From: a virus
Length of the DNA stretch: 64,000 bases
Virus record (IMG/VR): IMGVR_UViG_3300036937_000041
Coordinates: 26,369 to 90,368 of that record
Direction: 5' to 3' (one strand)
Shown: piece by piece, positions 36,787-47,700 of the stretch
Position numbering within the stretch: position 1 is the first letter of the stretch
Layout: every line of letters starts with the position of its first letter
The notes under the pieces: model-generated
Told to the model about the DNA's origin: nothing
The model's database searches: none
The model's input: only the letters and a program-made list of their open reading frames with translations
Made by a program: the position numbers and the translations under genes

Positions 36787-38178
36787 TCAAAATCCGCCAC
36801 CGAGTTCATCCTCCTCCGCGGCCGAAGGAGGCGCTTCATCCGATATTCGCATGCACTCCGGTTCCCACAGCAGCTTGACCGTCCGGGCGGCCGTGCCCAT
36901 GCGTTGTTTGCCTATATATATCTCAATGGAATTGTCTACCAGCTCGTCCGGTTTGTATTTGGCCGGGCGCTCAACCTGGAACATCAGGTCGCACCGCTGC
37001 TCGTATGCGCCGGATTCCGCATACAATTCTTGGCGGTCGATCTTCCCCCGATCCTTGCCCATTCGCTTGAGCTGGACCACACAACAAATATGTGTCTGGA
37101 TCCGACGCGCCATGTTTCCAACCTCAACCATTTTCTGTGCGATCAATCCTGCCTTCTTCCCCGGATCATATATACCAGTAAAATCGTCTAATTGGTTGAA
37201 TAAGTCAACAAAAATAATCTTCGGATCGGTACCTTGCTTGCGCGCCTGTTCCACGTACTTTGGGATATCCTTCAGGTAAAAGGCGCCACGCGGCTCCAGA
37301 TAGATATGGGGTCTTTTCGGGCTAGACAGGTAATCTACCGCTTTTTCGAACATTTCATGGTTAAACTGCTCGTGTGTTTTGCCCTGAGCGGCGGCGCGCA
37401 GCCCCCTGACCATGTCGGGCACGCTCATGCCCGTCCGGATTGATATTTGTCTGAAATACTCGTCCAACAGTGATTGTTCTCGGGCGATCGTTATCGTCTG
37501 GTGGCCAACCGAGGAGAGCAATCGCTGGACATTGGCCCTGAACGTCGATTTGCCCATGCTCGGACGACCGGCCACCGCACTCACCCCGGGAACAAAGCCA
37601 AATGTTAGATACCTGTCTATGCGTTCGTATCCGGTGCCCAGCAGGCTGGTGCGCATGATCTGCTCAATACCGGGGGAAATGGTGTTCCAAAATGTTTCCG
37701 GTTCACCGACGACCACGCCCGAAATTTCAAGCTGATTAAAACAATCTATTATCTTGTGCGCCGCGTGATACAACTCCTCTACAGGGCTCGCCGGATCAGC
37801 GACAAGCTGTTTGAACTTCTCAGCGGCGTCGACGGCCAACAGCTTAGATCTTTTCTCCAGGAGCAAACGGGCGAAAAATTCATATTGATCAGCCTCTGGT
37901 GCCCCGACTACCAACCCCGCCAGATATGCAGAAGGAACATCCAGGTCGACCGGGCGCTGATCAACATGCTGCAAAATTGGAGCCAAGCTTTCCCAGCGAT
38001 ACTGTTTGCCCGCCGCAGTCAGATCAACACATGTTTGAAAAACAAGAGACAACGCCTGATCTCCAATTTCGGCCGGGGTTAAAATTTTCCCCACACGGTC
38101 AACCATTTCCGGATACTTCACGACCATGGCCACCAAAGCCCGTTCGGCCGTTAACTCCTCAATCGACTTGTTGGCCAT
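36787..38178 (-). CDS. dnaB: Replicative helicase DnaB
   Basis: AERALV, GRPSMGKST, IFVD, VQLKR, ESGAYEQ.CD, GKQRMG. Confidence 0.93.
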   Translation of the reverse strand: MANKSIEELTAERALVAMVVKYPEMVDRVGKILTPAEIGDQALSLVFQTCVDLTAAGKQYRWESLAPILQHVDQRPVDLDVPSAYLAGLVVGAPEADQYEFFARLLLEKRSKLLAVDAAEKFKQLVADPASPVEELYHAAHKIIDCFNQLEISGVVVGEPETFWNTISPGIEQIMRTSLLGTGYERIDRYLTFGFVPGVSAVAGRPSMGKSTFRANVQRLLSSVGHQTITIAREQSLLDEYFRQISIRTGMSVPDMVRGLRAAAQGKTHEQFNHEMFEKAVDYLSSPKRPHIYLEPRGAFYLKDIPKYVEQARKQGTDPKIIFVDLFNQLDDFTGIYDPGKKAGLIAQKMVEVGNMARRIQTHICCVVQLKRMGKDRGKIDRQELYAESGAYEQRCDLMFQVERPAKYKPDELVDNSIEIYIGKQRMGTAARTVKLLWEPECMRISDEAPPSAAEEDELGGGF

Positions 38179-38866
38179 CTGGAAACCTGTAGTCTATTCT
38201 GTTCTTAATCTCATACTCGATGCACGTTCCCGATAATCTGGAGCCAATGGATTCCATTATGTTGATTTTAATCATCTCCTGCCTGCTAGGCTGATCACCT
38301 GTTTGTCTTAACCGCCGCCAATCCTCTTCGGTGTTCACAAATTCTCCGAGGGTGATCTTCGAGGTGAAGATCGCCCGTTTACGCCTCAACCACAGTTGTT
38401 CGAACAACAGAATATATCTATCGGTCACACTATCGGTCGGCCGTTCCAGCCCTATGTCATCAAAAATAGTCACCGAAGATCCTAATATCTTGGTCATCAA
38501 CATGTTATCCAAATAACAATCATCACGATTTTGCTTCATTGTCTCCATCAGATATCGAAAAGACACAAAAAGAGGTATGCTATCGAGCTTCCCCGTCCTG
38601 ATCAAATCCAGGACGATACAGACGGCCACCGCCGTTTTTCCCGTGCCCGACCTACTGCTGGACAACCAAATTGATTCCCCTGTGTTGTTCTTCGCCCACC
38701 CAGAGTTGTCCGGCCAGCTATCAACAAACTGGCGAGCAAAATCTCGATCCTCCTGGGTCAGATACTTCAGAGCGTCCCAACAGATAAGTGGTTTACCGTA
38801 CCTCTCTGGCAGATGAAATTTTTCAAGCTGAAATTGAATTTTTTTACCCAGTGCACCGTCGTTCAT
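38159..38866 (-). CDS. DnaC/IstB-like helicase loader ATPase
   Basis: SGTGKT, IFDDIG.E, IFTS, SRL. Confidence 0.88.
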   Translation of the reverse strand: MNDGALGKKIQFQLEKFHLPERYGKPLICWDALKYLTQEDRDFARQFVDSWPDNSGWAKNNTGESIWLSSSRSGTGKTAVAVCIVLDLIRTGKLDSIPLFVSFRYLMETMKQNRDDCYLDNMLMTKILGSSVTIFDDIGLERPTDSVTDRYILLFEQLWLRRKRAIFTSKITLGEFVNTEEDWRRLRQTGDQPSRQEMIKINIMESIGSRLSGTCIEYEIKNRIDYRFPDGQQVD

Positions 38867-39285
38867 AGTCTTCCATACTTTGCACGCTGTTTAACCGACC
38901 GGTCACCCTCTTTCTTGTTGGTAGCGCGCCATCGGTTAAAATCATTATACGCGGATACGCAGGTCTTGAACGAGGTGAAGGTCACCTTCGACCAAAATTG
39001 ATTAGCCTTGCACGCGGCGGAAAAGCACCAATCAATACAGGCCAGCCAATCTTCGATACTCACATGCGAATAGTCATCGTCGGTCTGCACCCGCTGTGCC
39101 CACTCCATGGTGCGCTCCCACTGCGCCCGGCGAAGCAGATATCCATCTTGCTTATGCCGCAGTCGAAAGTGATTGGCAATGCGCGCAGCCGGAGATATCG
39201 AAAAAGCAATATCGGCATTAATCTGCTTTCTAAGCTGTTCAACAGATTTATGCACTTTCAAACGTAGTCTCGCTTTGTAATTCAT
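38863..39285 (-). CDS. Replication initiator C-terminal-like protein
   Basis: IDWCF....QFWSKV.FTS resembles the C-terminal module of lambda-O-type initiators; lies directly upstream of the loader. Confidence 0.45.
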   Translation of the reverse strand: MNYKARLRLKVHKSVEQLRKQINADIAFSISPAARIANHFRLRHKQDGYLLRRAQWERTMEWAQRVQTDDDYSHVSIEDWLACIDWCFSAACKANQFWSKVTFTSFKTCVSAYNDFNRWRATNKKEGDRSVKQRAKYGRL

Positions 39286-39289
39286 AATT

Positions 39290-39750
39290 CTTATCTTATT
39301 CTTCTTTCTTTCTTATAAAGAATTAAGATTAATATAAGAGAGAGAACTTTTTTCATCTGACCAACCGATATCCCATATCCTTTTGAACAGCAAAAAGTTA
39401 ATCGTGTTATATTGGTTTTTTCCAAAAACCTATTTACTTGTATAATCGAGTAACTTTTTAGCGATTTATCTTGCCATTGCACCCCAAAATAGCCAATTTT
39501 CAACCGATGAAAGTAATTTCTTCCAAAACACACGGCTTGTTTGGTATTTTTTGGCAGATAATCGTCTGCGTTTTTAACCAAATTTTGCAAAAAGATAATG
39601 GTATTTTTTTTGAGAGATTGAAAAAAGTTCGGTATTTTACCAAAAATTCGGAAACCAAAAGGCATATTGTATATTTTGGTAGCAGCAAAAAAGCCATAAA
39701 TAGACTTTTTGTTGCGCAATTTTGTGATATTCATAGATGAAATAATTTGC
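39290..39750. other. Candidate replication origin (very AT-rich, many A/T tracts)
   Basis: Abrupt GC drop relative to the flanks; repeated CCAAAA and GGTATTTT-like words; lies between an RHH gene and the initiator/loader/helicase genes. Confidence 0.55.
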
Positions 39751-39755
39751 ACACT

Positions 39756-40190
39756 CTACCCCTCAGGAGGATAATAGGCTCTTGGTCGCGCAAAATATAG
39801 GTAGACAAGACATGCCATTTGCTGCCGGGTGGCCCCCCATTTATCGGCGATGTCCAGTAGATCTTCGGAATTTTTTAGCTCCCAGATCAGAATGTCATCG
39901 AAGGTCTTGAACAACCGGGGGCCGACCAGCTCCCCGGCCGCGTACTTTTCGAGCAGAACGGCGCGCACCAGATTCAGGTCAGAGATCCCAAATTTCAGGC
40001 GCAGGGCGTCGACCACGGTCTCGCTCACCGGCAACCCATCTTGTTCAAGAATGCGCTGCAGCTGTTCGAGCACCTGCACGTCCTCCCGTTTAAACGACAC
40101 GGCGATCGTCTTGGCCGTGCGCCTCCGCTGGCCGTCGAGCTTGTACTTACGGCCGGAGGTCGGCCGTGGCAAATGTTTTCTTTGCGGCAT
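39756..40190 (-). CDS. Ribbon-helix-helix-like DNA-binding protein
   Basis: TIAVSFKREDVQVLEQL....GLPVSETVVDALR pattern. Confidence 0.55.
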   Translation of the reverse strand: MPQRKHLPRPTSGRKYKLDGQRRRTAKTIAVSFKREDVQVLEQLQRILEQDGLPVSETVVDALRLKFGISDLNLVRAVLLEKYAAGELVGPRLFKTFDDILIWELKNSEDLLDIADKWGATRQQMACLVYLYFARPRAYYPPEG

Positions 40191-42000
40191 TATATTCCTT
40201 TTCGTCTACAATCTTCAACTCATATTTGGGCTCACCCGCGTAGATCTGTCTGCGGATCTCCGAGTGCTTGGTGCACATAGAGCCCTGGTCATCATCATAA
40301 AAATCGTAAAGTGTAGCGTAATCTTTGTCCTTGGATACTCTGAGCACCCGCCCGAGCTTTTGGATCGTCGCCTTCATGCTCTTGCCCCCACCGGCGATGA
40401 TCAGCGTGTCGATGGCGGGCATGTCAAATCCTTCTTTGAATATCGTTCCGATCAATATTTTGCCATTGGATTTCACGTCCGATATTCCTCGATCGCGCTC
40501 CTGCTTGGTGTGCCCGCCGGTCAGAAACACACACCGATCTTCCCCTATCTCGTGGGCGAGCTTCCACCCCTGATCTTTTATTCGCTCGACGATGATCAGC
40601 ACGTGGGCTCCCCGAGCCTGGCAGTCCAGGGCGAGGTCGACGATTATCTGGTTGCGCCGCTCGTTGTTCAATATGTTGTACTCATAGGCGCCCGGTTCCT
40701 TGACGCCGGTGCGCACCAGCTTTCCCTCAACTTTTTCGTATATGTACTTTGTGGCCCAGACGGTGCGCGCCGGAGAGCATATGCGGATCATCGTGGCCCG
40801 TACCGGGCACAGCACATTGCGATCGATCAGATCGGATACGCCAATGCTGGAGATCACGCGGCCGCACACCGATTCGAGGACAAACTGATTATTCGGCGAA
40901 TCAGCGGTGTTCAGCGTGGCGCTCATCCCAAATCGATAATAGGCGGGGATGGCCATCGCCACCTCCCACCAAGTGTTTGACAAGTTTTCCTTCTGAACCC
41001 ACTTCCCGGTGTACTTATCTCGAACATTTTGAGCCCCGCTGCACGCCGTATGATGACATTCGTCGATGAACATCAGCTTAAACCTGTTCACCAGGTCGCC
41101 AAACCTCGGCCACGAACGCACTAGGTCGAGCGCAATACCGGGGTCGATTACCGTCGGGATCTTCAGCTCATGCCGTTGGCGCTCCGGAGCAGCCTCATAC
41201 AGCTCTTGGTTGCACCTCGACCACTCCCGGCCGTCCTTCACATAGTACTCAGATGTATATTCGACTACGCACTCGGGAACCTGGGTGGCAAAGTAGGTGA
41301 AGCACCTTCTGTACTCACCGTCGGAGGTCATCAGCGGAGCACACTCTTCGACGACCCGCCGGATCTCCGAGCGTTTGAACACGCTGTACAACGTCTGCTG
41401 GGTGGCGATTATTATCGGCGCCCCCGGGTTCAACCGCTTTCCCTCGCCGAGCATGCCCACCGCATGCTCCCCAAAGTAGTCTTGAAATTTGGTGTACGTC
41501 TGGTTGACCAGGGTAAGGTTGGGGACGATCACCAGCGAATCGACTTTGAGCCGGTCGATAACCCTGGCCATGATCACGGTCTTGCCCGCGCCAGTAGGAT
41601 AGTGGAGGAGACCGCGCCCGACCTTAATCGCATCATCTACGGCGAGCTCCTGGAAGGAATAGTCAGCTTGACTGGTGGGCAACGAGGGTAGGCTCAGCCG
41701 AAGATCCGGGTGGTCGTCCGCTCCCGGTTTTTCACGCCGGTCGTCAAACGATACTTGGGCTCCAGCTGTTTTAGCAGCCGCATAAACTCGGGGCAGCAGA
41801 CCCGTCGGAAAGTCCCGGCTTTCCGATCGATAATAATGTACATCTCGCTCTTTCCACTCACCGTGGGCCGCGCCTTTCCTCTTTGAGTAGTAGCGGATGA
41901 CAATTTTTGTCGCCCGCACAATCGTATCCAAATCCTGACCGCCGGTTTCACCCGTGATCTCCACCCGAGTATACAGATTGTCAATCAGTAAGTTTATCAT
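40147..42000 (-). CDS. Superfamily 2 helicase (UvsW/XPB-like) with insertions
   Basis: PTGAGKT, DECH, SAT, EGFD.P, QKLGRVLR. Confidence 0.92.
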   Translation of the reverse strand: MINLLIDNLYTRVEITGETGGQDLDTIVRATKIVIRYYSKRKGAAHGEWKERDVHYYRSESRDFPTGLLPRVYAAAKTAGAQVSFDDRREKPGADDHPDLRLSLPSLPTSQADYSFQELAVDDAIKVGRGLLHYPTGAGKTVIMARVIDRLKVDSLVIVPNLTLVNQTYTKFQDYFGEHAVGMLGEGKRLNPGAPIIIATQQTLYSVFKRSEIRRVVEECAPLMTSDGEYRRCFTYFATQVPECVVEYTSEYYVKDGREWSRCNQELYEAAPERQRHELKIPTVIDPGIALDLVRSWPRFGDLVNRFKLMFIDECHHTACSGAQNVRDKYTGKWVQKENLSNTWWEVAMAIPAYYRFGMSATLNTADSPNNQFVLESVCGRVISSIGVSDLIDRNVLCPVRATMIRICSPARTVWATKYIYEKVEGKLVRTGVKEPGAYEYNILNNERRNQIIVDLALDCQARGAHVLIIVERIKDQGWKLAHEIGEDRCVFLTGGHTKQERDRGISDVKSNGKILIGTIFKEGFDMPAIDTLIIAGGGKSMKATIQKLGRVLRVSKDKDYATLYDFYDDDQGSMCTKHSEIRRQIYAGEPKYELKIVDEKEYNAAKKTFATADLRP

Positions 42001-42018
42001 ATCACACGCTTTGCCTTT

Positions 42019-42048
42019 AATATACGCTCATAATTTTGATTTTGTCAA
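42019..42048 (-). promoter_or_regulatory. sigma70-type promoter TTGACA-N18-TATATT for the replication operon
   Basis: -35 at 42043-42048; -10 at 42019-42024, preceded by GCG. Confidence 0.75.
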
Positions 42049-42205
42049 GCCAAATCGCAAAAAAGAGCACGCTATTTTACCAAGGTAATGGTCAGGGTGA
42101 GCAGCGCCCACCCGCCGAGCAGCATGGCCACCCCGATGGCGATCATCTTGGCCATCGTGCGGCCGTTCATTCGCGTTCCAAGCACATACATTTGTGTGTC
42201 TCCTT

Positions 42206-43117
42206 TCAGAATGGAAGGTCGTCGTCGGCGGTCAGGCTTGCGTGTGTGGCCGCCTGCGGCGGCTCGTGTTCAACGTACTCGGCGAAGCCGTCCTGTGGGC
42301 GCCTGCCCTCGACAGCCAGCATAAAGTACTCCTCTGCCCGCAGCTTCTTGCCCTGCGAAGTCGAGTACGGGCGGCAGACTATCTCGCACATCACCTCGCG
42401 CTGGCGCTCGCTGAACATCGTCAGCGGACGCCCGTTATCTAAATGATATAGCATATCCGAGATAAATCCGCTTGTCCGCCGTGGGTCCGCGGCGGACAGC
42501 AGGTCGGCAAGCCATATGTTTTCGGTCTTTGCCCGCCGATATGCTTCATGTCGTTGGTGGACAAACCCACGGAGATCGACCTCCGAGTATGCTCCGTCAA
42601 GTGCTCGGCGGATCTTCTGCGCCCCCTCCTCATACCACTTGATTTGTGATCGTATTCGCACATACTTGTTCCGCTTTTGTGGACAGTGGCCACCCCGGGC
42701 AGCCCACCAGAGATCTGACGGCATTCGAAGATCGGCCTCCACATACAGATCGGCGATCAAGCTCATCCTCAACCACAGGCGAGCATACTCGGTCTCTACC
42801 TCGGTATATCGTTTGTCCAGCACGGCCTGGGCCGCTCGTTTTTTCTCCTCTTTGGCCTGCGCTACCAGCTCGGCCGCCCGGGCTCTCATCTTCCGCGCAT
42901 CCTCTGGTCGATATTCTTCATAGTGCATAATACAATGACTACCGAGCATCCGGCGTTCGCCAGTGCGATCGTGCTTCACCTCGTACTCGAATCGAATCGG
43001 GTGCCCGCAAACGCAGACGCCCGTCGCGGCCTCAAGGTCATAGATATGGCCCGTCCAGGTCCACGCCTGTGGTTCCCCGTCCAAGCCGGAGATCAGTCGT
43101 TGTCTATGGGTGGACAT
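42206..43117 (-). CDS. Hypothetical zinc-binding early protein
   Basis: CVCGHPI..LGSHCI motif; SSB-like DDDLPF tail; start MSTHRQ inferred. Confidence 0.65.
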   Translation of the reverse strand: MSTHRQRLISGLDGEPQAWTWTGHIYDLEAATGVCVCGHPIRFEYEVKHDRTGERRMLGSHCIMHYEEYRPEDARKMRARAAELVAQAKEEKKRAAQAVLDKRYTEVETEYARLWLRMSLIADLYVEADLRMPSDLWWAARGGHCPQKRNKYVRIRSQIKWYEEGAQKIRRALDGAYSEVDLRGFVHQRHEAYRRAKTENIWLADLLSAADPRRTSGFISDMLYHLDNGRPLTMFSERQREVMCEIVCRPYSTSQGKKLRAEEYFMLAVEGRRPQDGFAEYVEHEPPQAATHASLTADDDLPF

Positions 43118-43811
43118 TGTGGCGCCCCCTATACCTTCTCCTATTATCATCGTTGATTTTCTGCGCAGCACATTTGAGGCATCGTTTCCTTCGATAGGTG
43201 ATAACCACACCGCAGTCAAGACAATGATTGTCGGGGCGATTTGCTTTGATTCTGATTTTTCTCTCCAGTGTTTTTCTATACTGTTCTTTCTTTGCACAAG
43301 CAGGACATCGCTTTCTGTGATAAGGAAAACCGATAAGCACATTACAGTCAACGCAGCGTTTTGGGTTCTCCGCTCTTCTGCGCTGTCGGCGCTCCCGTGC
43401 TTTGGCGTATCTCCGTGCAGCCCACTCAGGATCGTTTTTCAGCCGTTGCTGCACATAATTATGGATATAATCCTTACAACGATCATTGGTTACCTTCTTG
43501 CGACATTTCAAAGAGCAATATTTACTCTTATGCTTGCCCAGAGGTGCTCCGCAGTTTGCACACTTTCCCGGTTCTTTTTGTTCGTTCACCACCGACGGTC
43601 TGCGTCTACTCGGGATGGTGAACATGATATCCCCCGGCGCAATCCATATCTGTTGCGCGAGATCTTCTGGGCAACTAGTTATATTGGTCCAGTGTCTTGC
43701 GATGATCTCCGCATCTACACGGCGTAGCCCACGCTTTTCCAGCAATCGGGCAAACTCAGTCTCATTATATCCCGCCTTTTTGAACAGCTTGGTCAAGTTC
43801 AAGTTTTTCAT
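43104..43811 (-). CDS. HTH plus multiple zinc-ribbon protein
   Basis: N-terminal HTH-like segment; CANC, CSLKC, CVDC, CPAC, CLDC, CLKC. Confidence 0.7.
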   Translation of the reverse strand: MKNLNLTKLFKKAGYNETEFARLLEKRGLRRVDAEIIARHWTNITSCPEDLAQQIWIAPGDIMFTIPSRRRPSVVNEQKEPGKCANCGAPLGKHKSKYCSLKCRKKVTNDRCKDYIHNYVQQRLKNDPEWAARRYAKARERRQRRRAENPKRCVDCNVLIGFPYHRKRCPACAKKEQYRKTLERKIRIKANRPDNHCLDCGVVITYRRKRCLKCAAQKINDDNRRRYRGRHNVHP

Positions 43812-44001
43812 CTTTTGTCCGCTCTCCAGTAGTCACGCCGTTCGCCGTCGATAATTCCGTTGACAAGCGCGTCAAATTTATCATCTGGAACGCTCGGGCA
43901 GCACCGCGCAATCTCCCTGTTGGTACTCTGGCTGCCCAACCGTCCGGCCAGTCCGAGTCTAAACCCAGTCTGAAATGCTTCGCCTGTTGTCATGGGCACA
44001 C

Positions 44002-44272
44002 CTACTCGGTAAAGATTTGAAATGAGCATGGCGGGTCGTTGGGGCGAACCCGATGTGACTCGGCGCCCAGCTGCGCGCACTGCCACCAACCAGCGAGTGA
44101 TGAGTTTCGCCGCAGTTTCTCCCCGCAGAGCGGACACTCGCCGGTGGCGACGATCTTCCGCGCCTCGGCGAGCCTGATCTCACGTTCTGCCTTGGCGCAG
44201 GGGCTGCACTTCGTCGCATACTTAGATATACGCTTTCCACAAGTGCATCGGTTAATCTTTTTGGGTTCCATG
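44002..44272 (-). CDS. Cys-rich early protein
   Basis: CTCG, CSPC, CPLCG motifs; start MEPKK. Confidence 0.6.
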
Positions 44273-44584
44273 CTAAATCGCTTTCTGTACGGTTTCTGGG
44301 TCCTGCGTGTAACATTGAAAACGAAGAATGTCGATGAAGTCATTCATGCTCTTCTCGCTGTCGCTAGTCGGCGCGGAATCGCCGCCGGTCACCCTGTAGG
44401 TTATCCAAACAGATGTGTTGATTTCGTCAAATCGGACCCTAATGCTGGTCACCGTGATAATGGTTCCGCGTCCCAGGGAGTAGAAGTTGCTTCCAACCCG
44501 AACATCGAAAGAGTCTTTGTGGTAGCGGTTCGAAAGCCTGTACTCGATCGTGCGCATTCTCTCTTTTGCGGTTAGCTTTTTCAT
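44273..44584 (-). CDS. First gene of the early operon, hypothetical
   Basis: Directly downstream of the consensus promoter. Confidence 0.6.
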   Translation of the reverse strand: MKKLTAKERMRTIEYRLSNRYHKDSFDVRVGSNFYSLGRGTIITVTSIRVRFDEINTSVWITYRVTGGDSAPTSDSEKSMNDFIDILRFQCYTQDPETVQKAI

Positions 44585-44615
44585 TCTCAAAACCCTTTCA
44601 TTTTTAATCTACCAT

Positions 44616-44644
44616 ATGATACGCCATTTATTCCAATTTGTCAA
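44616..44644 (-). promoter_or_regulatory. Strong sigma70-type early promoter TTGACA-N17-TATCAT
   Basis: -35 at 44639-44644 and -10 at 44616-44621 with GCG extension; AT-rich upstream sequence. Confidence 0.85.
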
Positions 44645-44709
44645 GCACTTTTTGTAAATAAGTGACAAATAAATACAGAGGACAACCATTTGAATGGTAA
44701 AGACTTAGC

Positions 44710-47700
44710 CTAATATGCGGAGATACCGCTTAAGGTCAGGGTAGTTGTGTTGCCCTTAATATCGTGGGATATGGCCTGAATCCGAAAGCTTTCGCGCAGG
44801 CCCGCCGATGAGTCGAAGATCAGGGGGAGAACCACGTCGATCTGGGTCAGATCTCCGTCGTCGTTGACTATGTCGACATAGGGGGTAAGTGGTAAGCTTA
44901 TGGTGAGCAAAAACTTAGGGTTCGAATAGTAGTAGATTACCCGGTTGGCCAGCTCTTTGGCGATCTCCCTGGAGATAAACGGGTTATCTATATCAAATTC
45001 GCTGCGACCGTACCGCTGACCGCTGTCCCCGGCCATCACGACCTGCAGGCTTCCCGCGTCCTCGGCCAGCGTCTGCCCCGGGCAGTCGACGATAATCCGA
45101 TCCCCCGGTATGAACTCCTGGGTGTAGTTGACCTCGGCCGTCCCCGTTCCGGCCTCAAATTTCATGAACACATGTGTGTCCCCTATTTCGCCCGAATAGT
45201 CGAAGTTTGGCGACCAATATGCGTAGACGACCTCCCCGCCCGCCGGGGTCGAGTGCCAGGCGGCCGTGCCCGAATTTTCAAGCTGCTCGACCGTGAACGT
45301 ACGATCGTTGTCCCACGCGGTCACCCGATATTCATGGTAGTCGTTTGACAGCCTGACTATGTGCCCGGGGCGCAGCGGCGTGGCCAACCCGGAGGCCAGG
45401 GTAAACGACGTACTGTCCGCGCTGGCCACGTAGCCGATGCCCTCGTCGCTCCAGTTGGTACGCGCGTACGCGCTGTCAATCTGGTACGATCTGCCGACGG
45501 TCAACGTCGTCGCATCAGCGATGGCGACCCCAAAAGCCGAGTCGATATCAATCTCCGCCGGATCTTGGGACACGCTGGTGATCGTCCGGGTCAGCACCTC
45601 GCCCGTGCTCTCATCGATCATGCTCACAAAATCGTGCGCGTGCACCCCCTCGTCGGCCACCCCCGAGGTGCCCAGGGTTCCCCCGCCGAACACCGAGTTG
45701 AGGGGGATCGTCGTCGCCGAGGCCAGTACGGCGCCACGGACAGTCACCTCAATCTCCTGGTTGATCACACTATATTTCCATTTGCTCAACCCATTGTCTG
45801 GGTTGCCGCCCGCCACGCAGTAGACGAGTATCTTTTTCTTCGCCGTATCCCGCTGCTCCACCGAGTAGGGAATGAAGTCGAGTGTCTGCGCATTTTTATT
45901 CTGAGAGTTCTTGTCCGTGCGCTCAATGGTGGTCAACACGCTGGGGTCCGGCCCCACGAACTTGGTCGTGTACACGTGGACCTTGACAATGTTGTACACT
46001 CTGCCATACCCGTTGTCCAGCGATATTCCTTTGAACACCGATCTATCATACCCATCTTGATACCCGCCAATCGTGTAGTCGGCGGTACTCGACGTGTATA
46101 TTCGTGGCGTGTACCTGAAGTTCCCCTCACGGTCAAAGAACGACAGGCCATCCCGAGACTGTGATAGGTCTTTGATGATATCCCATTTTGTCTTATCTTG
46201 GAAATATGCGTATTCAACTATGTCGGAAATGCTATCATCAACCTTGAACAGCACATATTTTCCGGGCGCGTACGTGTAGTTGATCTCCAGCGGACCGATC
46301 GGGCTCGTCACCCCATACAGCTCGGGGACGGTCGTGTACGCCTGGTTGAGCGCCAGCCCGGAGAGCAGCCCCGATTCATTGGCGACAATCGAAGACTCTG
46401 TCAACGCATCACACGTACCATCACTTCCGGTAGACGCGGCGGTCAACTTATATATCTTTCCCTCACCTACGGCGTAGCAATATAGCACATCGGTATCCTG
46501 TTCATCGGCGACAAAACCAGTGAAAGGCATAGACGAAAACCGCAGCTTCTTCGCCGCCGTGTACTGGGTATGACTCGCTCCGTACAGATCATATATGCTT
46601 ATGATGACCAATGCGTATACACCTGTTTTTCGATTAAACAGAGAAAGAGCAACGTGATTATTCTGTGATTGAAATGTGGTCAGGCTGCCCGGCCATGAGG
46701 TCAACGAGTCTGTATTGTGCTCAAATGCGCAGCCGTTAATCACAGTCCAGTACTGATCATCTCCGGTCTCATCGGTAAACATAGCCTCATAACTTGTGTA
46801 AAACGGAGAAGATGAAAATGAAAAGTTATTAAGATCAATCAGATTGATGTACGTTGGGAGTACTCCGTTGTCGTTATCAAGATAGATATCATTTCTGATA
46901 CTAAACCAAAAAGCTGTTCGGGTTGCTGATCCTCCATGAAAAAGGGCGAGCGGATAGCGCCGCTCCGACCCGGTGGCCGCGGGCGCCGACGTGTATCTAT
47001 GGGTTGATGTTCCGGAAACCGTGTCAGTACATAGGTATGTTGCCTGTTCATCCGAGGACAGGTTCCCCGCCGAGTCGAGCGGGTAAATGTATCCATTACC
47101 CGACAGAGCATACTGAAAATAGTAGAGCAGCTTCGTCCCCGATGCATAGTACGGGGAGAGCATAACGCACGGATGTTGCCCGGCGAAGTAGCGCAAGCCC
47201 ACAGCAAGATTATTATCTGAGCTTACTGCCAAATGGGTTATCATCCCCGCAGAGCAAAAATTAAAATCAGCTTTTCCAGATACAGAAATATCATCCTGCT
47301 CTACGGCCCCAGATGTTTGTTGGGCAAGTATCTCCGAGGTGTCGAGTGCCTGATAGTATACTTTCTTTGTCGAAGGCGTTGTCGGACCCTGACATATTCC
47401 AACATGCTGCGGGAACGGGATAAACACGTTCTCATGCTCTCTAGTAGCGTAACTAGATTCATATCCAATGAAGTTTGTGGCCGGAGTTCCTCCGAGCGTG
47501 TAGGCCGTCCGAACAATGTAGTTAAAAGGTTCTACTGCTGATGTGGCTTTTGCTGTCAGCGTGGTTCCCGTCCCAGGCCAAGTATATGATGAAGCTCCAA
47601 GACCCGTTCGAGTTCTATTAGATGAAAACGTTTCCCAATATGCATCTTCATACGCGACGATCACCAGCTGATCGTTATCATCATCGTAAAAGATATGTCT

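Noticed and set aside
39291-39752. 153-aa protein gene
   Set aside because: The K/F/I/N-rich composition simply reflects AT tracts and differs from all neighbours; better explained as an origin, though coding is not excluded.
41110-41370. Intein in the SF2 helicase
   Set aside because: No N-terminal C/S block or C-terminal HN-C/S/T motif, and too short.
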